This document shows positions 58,624 to 64,000 of a stretch of DNA of 64,000 bases, piece after piece; within the stretch, counting starts at the first letter, position 1; every line of letters begins with the position of its first letter. Source of the DNA: Oopsacas minuta (lineage: Eukaryota; Animalia; Porifera). The notes beneath the pieces were generated by a model, which was given only the letters and a program-made list of their open reading frames with translations, was not told where the DNA came from and did no database searches. The translations under genes were made by a program, and so were the position numbers. The stretch spans positions 310,001 to 374,000 of the forward strand of contig JAKMXF010000210.1 in NCBI GenBank assembly GCA_024704765.1, given 5' to 3'.

Positions 58624-61600
58624 ATGTCGAGACGTGGTTGTCGTCGTGGTAGAGGGAGAGGGGGTTATGTACGTGAAGACAGGACTAAACATTTTGAAAA
58701 GGTTCTCTTCACCCACTCTGAAGGTTCCGGTTCAGACCTGACAAGTCTTGATGCACTTAACTTTGCTTCCTATGAAGCACAACAAGATGTTACAAAACTT
58801 ACAAGTCCAGTTAAACGATTATTCAAAGATTATATTGAGGTTAAGAACTCTCCGCTTCCATTTGTTAGTATATCTCCACTACCCCATGATTTCTTCGAAT
58901 GGAGAGGGAATATATTTGGTCCTGCTGGTACTCAATATGAAGGAGGTATATTTCACTTCTGTATCGATTTCCCTGCTAACTATCCTCGTAGTCCTCCTTC
59001 TGTACGTATGTTAACTCGTATTCATCATCCTTGTGTATCCGGACAGACGGTCACACTCCCATTCTTAACTGCTTACGACGGAATAGGTTTAATTCCTAAC
59101 CGCTATGAAGTATGGACTCCCGAGTACACTGCTCTGTCTATCTTAATACAGCTTCAGAGCTTGTTGTTCCAAGGTACAGTCGAGACTGCACTTGAGAAAG
59201 TAGCTTTCGATAAATATGACCTGGAGAAACAGAAGTGGTTAACTGCTGTTAAGGGATCCGTGGAACAGAGTCACCGATACGAGGATGTTACCAGCAAGCA
59301 TCGTCCCAGACACCCTGTCCCCCCTCGTAACAACCCTACACGAGTTGAGAACTACCTAAACGAGAAGGCAACAATTAGACAGATCGGTGCTGAATGGGCC
59401 ATTTGCTTCTTCACAAAGAAAACTCATGAAGAGGCTGTACTCGGACTAGGGATAAATATATCAAAGAATGTTAGGACAGGAAAAATACAGACTGTATACT
59501 GCTCTCCTGATATAATTTCTCTCAATGCTTTCAACGGTCTGAAAATAAAACAAGCTTTTGGTGAGAACTTCTCTTACTTAATACCTGTCTACTTCGTTAG
59601 TACTCATTACGCTAAATGCAAACATTTGATCAAAACAGCTCTAGCACGTCTCTACACTGGTGCTCCTAATATAGAAGCATATAACAGTGATATGCCACTC
59701 GATTTCTTCCCTAAATGTTTGATTAAGCTAACTTTACAGTTTCTGGAGCGTAGTGGAGCTAAAGCTATGCGTTCTCTGAGTGCGTTTGGATACATGCATC
59801 GTGTTTTCCTACAGCTAGCTATAGAAGACCCTAAACTACAACAAGACTGCAAACTAGCTGTAAAACGGTTTGTTGAAGATCCTAAGAATAGAGATAAGGA
59901 TGCTATTGCTAGCGTAGCTGAGCTGCTAGTATTAATTTTAATGTCTGGTGACGCATGGACTGAGGAATTATGTGTAGCTTATGTTGAAGAGAACCTGGCT
60001 AGACATGTGTTCTGGATAACTAAGAGATTTCCAAAGTTAGACAGGTCAGATCCAAACCCAGAAGTTGATAAATTCCGCGCTGAGAAGAGTTTTGAAGTAA
60101 CCACATCTAATAATCGATTATTGATGATGCTACTCACATTTTCTAATCTATTCGCTGGTGGAAGTAGGACATTAGAGGATATAGCCAAACAATATGATGA
60201 TCATTTGGGGAGGATCCCACCTGCAATTATTGACCAACTTATAGCAGAGAAGGAGAAAGTACTGGAAGTAAGTACGTATAAGCGGTTATTTGAGATGGTT
60301 AGATATCCTGTCAGTACAGAGGACGATATCAACGATAAGCTGAGAGCTGCGGTAAATCACTCAGCTGCTAAAAAATACCATAGAGATCGTGGTATTGAGG
60401 TTGTATCACCAGAAGAGTTCGAGAAACAACGGCTAGGTAGTATTAAGCCTCTGAATGAAATGATTGTACAGAGTGGTTCTGGTGAAGAGTCTGAACTCCT
60501 TGATGAAGAAGGTGAATGGAAGAAACTAACTGACATCAGATTCGGATTTTCTGAATTACCTCAGGATTATACTAAGCTTACGGAGCCCTGGAGACAACTC
60601 TACTTGCAGTATTCTCTCCAAGAACTAGTATCAAAGCTGAATGATAATCCAGATTTCAACAGTCTCTATAAAACCACTGAAATCTGTAGTAAATACATTC
60701 AACGATTCGAAATAACAACCTTCAGGCCTGATAACATTAAATCACAGTTCTACTTCATAGCTAGAATTTTACAGAAACTCACTCAGCTATCTCATCTCAC
60801 AATTGTTAAGGGGGAGGTCGGATTGGGACAAAAGGGGTTCAAAGAGTTGATTAAGGGCCTCGAGAAAGCTTCTGGGTCATTACAAGTTCTAGACATGCGT
60901 TACAGCGATATAACCGAGACGAGTGTAGCAGCTCTAGCAGAGAGCCATCTCACATCTGACAGACTCTACAAGCTTAATTTAGAAGGAAATAATCTGGGAA
61001 TGAAGGGCACTGAAATGCTGGCTGAGCTTTTAACCAAACACCAGTCTTTACCTAACCTAACACATCTCAACTTAAGGGCTTGTAAAATCACTGATGCAGG
61101 AGCAAAAGGATTAGCAGAAGGCCTGCTTGTTAAGAAGAAGCTACTTATACTTAATCTCAGTAAGAATCAATTTCAAGCGGCTGGAATTGCTGCTATATTG
61201 AAAAATCTTGCTTACAGTGACGTCATTGAGGACGTGAACCTGTCGGAAATTTCCTTCTCTCCCGGTAGTGTTATGGATACTCATGAATTGGTTTTGGCAT
61301 TCGCTAAACTATTCAAACTCAATGTCTCACTAAAAACTATGAACTTCTGGAAAACACGTGTTGGCCCTTTCTTGAAAGATAATCCTATGAAAAATTTTGC
61401 TAGTTGTAGTACTATGGACTCTATGGACCTGGGCTCTACAGGCATGACCAGCTACAAATTGCTTGGACTTGGACTACTAAGCGAAGACAGTACATTAAGA
61501 GAACTTAATTTGGAGGGTAATTCCATGTCTACTTCAACTTTTGAATCTACTCTAAATCTATTTGACAAAGAAAAGAAGAATAAGTTTCCATCTTCTGTAC

Positions 61601-62646
61601 AAATACTCAAATTATCATCAAACTCATTCCCAAGCCTCTCTAGTGAGAAACCGCGAAAGTTTTTCGTGAGAATTTTCCGCGAGATTTTCTGCAACTTGAA
61701 GGAGTTATATTTGTCATCATGTGGTCTTGATGCAAGTAGTAGTACTGCTATCGCTGAGTACTTAACTTCTGATCCAACTTTAGAGACTCTTGACTTATCA
61801 TTCAACATTCTAGGTAGACATGGTGCTCGTATTTTATGTGATGGTCTTAAGCACAATACTCACTTGAAAGTCTTGCGATTGGATCATAATGATTTCCATG
61901 CCGCGGGTGCAAAGTTTTTCGCTGAGATAATCAAATCTCCTACCTGCAATATTCGTGATTTGTCATTCTTCTGTAATTATTTCGATGTACCAGGAATAGT
62001 AGAGATTGCAGCAGCTCTGAAAGTGAATAAATCTCTCCAGGTATTAGATCTAGGAATGAACAGAGTTAGGAAACGTGGTGCTGGGCTTCTCTGTGAAGCT
62101 CTTCAGGAGAATTCAACTCTTAAGACTCTTAAACTGAAGTTTAATCTCATTCCTGATGAGTTTTCTATTAAGGTAGTGAAGACAGTGCTTGAGTCTAAGA
62201 ACTCTCAGTTAACACAGTTATTTTTAGCTGGAAATGCACTGGAATATGAAACATTGGTCATTATTGTCGGCTTGATCAGAGATTCAACTAAACATTTGGA
62301 ATTCGATTTATCTAGTCGTGCTGAATATCTAGATCCCGAGCGCATTGAAAGAACTATCTACTTAACTCCGCTCGCCGCCAATATTACTTTAGAAATGGTG
62401 AAGAGGCTGCTGTACACTGCCAAGTGTGGAGCGATTATTTCAGTGAAAGTTGAGAAGCATAAAAAGCGTGGGAGCTTTGCCTCTGCTAAATACGCGTTGG
62501 TAGAATTCGCCCACAAAGCTAGTGTAGACCTTGCACTGGATCTTGTAAACAGAGGAGAAGCACAGATAGGACCAGGTCTCCCTATACGTATCGTAAGAGC
62601 TGGTGTTGGTAAAGGAGCTACACTTGACCCTGCTATGGCGTCTTAA
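58624..62646 (+). CDS. Multidomain protein: RGG tail - UBC/E2-variant domain (catalytic Cys absent) - uncharacterised domain - RI-type leucine-rich repeats - RRM; 1340 aa, intronless
   Basis: Single ORF, first ATG 58624. E2 fold motifs: FFEWRGNIFGPAGTQYEGGIFHFCIDFPANYPRSPP..MLTRIHHP and WTPEYT..SILIQLQSLL. LxxLxLxxN repeats ~60700-62290 (LYKLNLEGNNL, LLILNLSKNQF, LETLDLSFNIL, LKVLRLDHNDF, LQVLDLGMNRV). C-terminal RNP2 IYLTPL and RNP1 KYALVEFA. Confidence 0.85.
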   Translation: MSRRGCRRGRGRGGYVREDRTKHFEKVLFTHSEGSGSDLTSLDALNFASYEAQQDVTKLTSPVKRLFKDYIEVKNSPLPFVSISPLPHDFFEWRGNIFGPAGTQYEGGIFHFCIDFPANYPRSPPSVRMLTRIHHPCVSGQTVTLPFLTAYDGIGLIPNRYEVWTPEYTALSILIQLQSLLFQGTVETALEKVAFDKYDLEKQKWLTAVKGSVEQSHRYEDVTSKHRPRHPVPPRNNPTRVENYLNEKATIRQIGAEWAICFFTKKTHEEAVLGLGINISKNVRTGKIQTVYCSPDIISLNAFNGLKIKQAFGENFSYLIPVYFVSTHYAKCKHLIKTALARLYTGAPNIEAYNSDMPLDFFPKCLIKLTLQFLERSGAKAMRSLSAFGYMHRVFLQLAIEDPKLQQDCKLAVKRFVEDPKNRDKDAIASVAELLVLILMSGDAWTEELCVAYVEENLARHVFWITKRFPKLDRSDPNPEVDKFRAEKSFEVTTSNNRLLMMLLTFSNLFAGGSRTLEDIAKQYDDHLGRIPPAIIDQLIAEKEKVLEVSTYKRLFEMVRYPVSTEDDINDKLRAAVNHSAAKKYHRDRGIEVVSPEEFEKQRLGSIKPLNEMIVQSGSGEESELLDEEGEWKKLTDIRFGFSELPQDYTKLTEPWRQLYLQYSLQELVSKLNDNPDFNSLYKTTEICSKYIQRFEITTFRPDNIKSQFYFIARILQKLTQLSHLTIVKGEVGLGQKGFKELIKGLEKASGSLQVLDMRYSDITETSVAALAESHLTSDRLYKLNLEGNNLGMKGTEMLAELLTKHQSLPNLTHLNLRACKITDAGAKGLAEGLLVKKKLLILNLSKNQFQAAGIAAILKNLAYSDVIEDVNLSEISFSPGSVMDTHELVLAFAKLFKLNVSLKTMNFWKTRVGPFLKDNPMKNFASCSTMDSMDLGSTGMTSYKLLGLGLLSEDSTLRELNLEGNSMSTSTFESTLNLFDKEKKNKFPSSVQILKLSSNSFPSLSSEKPRKFFVRIFREIFCNLKELYLSSCGLDASSSTAIAEYLTSDPTLETLDLSFNILGRHGARILCDGLKHNTHLKVLRLDHNDFHAAGAKFFAEIIKSPTCNIRDLSFFCNYFDVPGIVEIAAALKVNKSLQVLDLGMNRVRKRGAGLLCEALQENSTLKTLKLKFNLIPDEFSIKVVKTVLESKNSQLTQLFLAGNALEYETLVIIVGLIRDSTKHLEFDLSSRAEYLDPERIERTIYLTPLAANITLEMVKRLLYTAKCGAIISVKVEKHKKRGSFASAKYALVEFAHKASVDLALDLVNRGEAQIGPGLPIRIVRAGVGKGATLDPAMAS

Positions 62647-63038
62647 ACAACTCAGTATATAGTAGATATACTCATTTTAGTTCTTAGGTTTTACGGAGAC
62701 ATTTTTCATAAGTTATAGAGTTTGTGGAGATTGTAGATTAGAAATATTAGTTTTTCTTGTAATTCAGCGTTTCTCACAGTATTATTGGAAAGCGCTCATT
62801 TTTGGGATTGAGTGGGGCCTCTGTCACTTATATACGTAGTAAACCCTATTCGTAGAGTTTTCATTTGACCGCAGCTAGATATTCTAACGCGTTAATTGAT
62901 GCGCTTATCACGCTTTGGGCGAAGCACTGTTGTAATTATTGACTAATCAATTTGATGTATTCCCTTATTATTTAGTCTATTGTAATTGCTACGTCATATA
63001 TACTTCATTACATACTTTATTCAGTTGCTATTAGAGAA

Positions 63039-63527
63039 ATGAGTACTCCATCTTTGAGTGCTATGGAGCCTGTGTACTCTCACGCTAGCATGCGTTCTAT
63101 AGGATTATCTCTCTCGCAGTTATCTCATGCCTCCCTCAAGCAAATGTCTGGCCTATCAGCTAGCCATGCCAGCATTCATAGTGCTACTAGTCGCGGGTAT
63201 TTAGACGGGACAGGTGGCCCCAGTTCCAAGGCTCTGTTCAGAGAGAGAATGGAGTTATGTTTGGAATGGTTCAACAGTTGGACAGATGGACAGAGAAGAA
63301 AGTAAGTATCAAGTTAGTATTAAATAAATCCACATTCATTATTTATTTTTAGGTATTTATCTTGTTTGGGTATTTGCTTTAAACCTAGCGAACTATTACA
63401 ACTAGCTTCTCTAGTTGAACTCAAAGCACCTAAAGAACAGCTAGATTTTACAAACATACTAACTAAAGATTTATCACTACGGATATTCTCCTATCTAGAT
63501 CCCAGATCTCTCTGTAGATGTTCTCAG
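63039..63527 (+). CDS. FBXO16: F-box protein of the FBXO16/ECT2L type, exons 1-2 (3'-partial)
   Basis: Exon 63039-63301 (AA|gtaagt) joined to 63353-63527 (CAG|gttatc) reads LFRERMELCLEWFNSWTDGQRRKYL...EQLDFTNILTKDLSLRIFSYLDPRSLCRCSQ. This matches the recalled FBXO16 N-terminus (WFDKWTDSQRRR...DFTTKLP..LSLYIFSFLDPRSLCRCAQ). No further exon identified in the window; ECT2L not excluded. Confidence 0.7.
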
Positions 63528-64000
63528 GTTATCCCTTAATAATATACAATATATTTTATTTGTTTAATGCATGCCATTATGCAACAATAAGACAGCGCTT
63601 GTAAGCAAGGATAGTGTCCGTATTTAAATAATTTTTATGTAACGAAATTTGTTTATCTTAAGCAGTGGTGTTAAGTTTCGCGTTCAGGCCATTGCCATGT
63701 ACCTATGAGGCTGTATGTTATCAAAATTGCTGTACTCTCTCCCTGTTTGCATGTTACCTATCATAGGAATATCTTGATAGAATCCAACTTGTTTCTTTTC
63801 ACGTGGTGATTCCACAGGAGATCTCTGACTGGTGTGACTGGCAGTTGAGATATTCCTCTCTCTGCGTAGAGGAATTCTTCTGGGACTTTCTATGCGTTGT
63901 GTCAGTAGAGATTGTGTTAGAGGATTATTAGTTGCATTGCGATTGTAAACATTACTGTCATCCTTATTGTAGCTAAAGTATGATTCTAGTGATTTACGGG

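Noticed and set aside
58624-63527. Adjacent pseudo-E2 and F-box genes as a functional ubiquitin cluster
   Set aside because: Adjacency alone is weak evidence in a gene-dense eukaryotic genome, and FBXO16/ECT2L-type genes are broadly conserved independently

Overview
Eukaryotic, AT-rich, gene-dense DNA with very short spliceosomal introns (mostly 53-70 nt). An IRF and CNC/Maf-type bZIP genes point to an animal. The compact introns would fit a sponge-like genome, but that is inference only. (1) About 45 kb (1-45353, minus strand) is ONE giant secreted or cell-surface protein gene, not the separate ORFs in the track. It has a signal peptide at 45353 and 12 exons joined by 11 GT-AG introns of 53-67 nt, and it runs off the left edge. 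It encodes about 14,900 aa in the window, made of about 118 diverged ~126-aa repeats resembling bacterial Ig-like adhesin domains. The repeats include a recurring three-domain super-repeat. Two single-base frameshifts (~15242 and ~3193) interrupt exon 12. (2) STPG2 (6 exons, one GC-AG intron) lies head-to-head with a small Cys/Tyr-rich PPxY membrane protein. (3) A 7-exon CTP synthase has a 5.7-kb third intron holding three antisense transcription-factor genes: an IRF1/2-like gene and two minimal CNC-like bZIP paralogues lacking the invariant basic-region Asn. (4) An intronless 1340-aa RGG-UEV(E2-like)-unknown domain-LRR-RRM protein follows. (5) The window ends in the first two exons of an FBXO16/ECT2L-type F-box gene. 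No rRNA, tRNA, CRISPR array or recognisable transposon was seen. All exon and domain calls were made by hand; no database searches were run.
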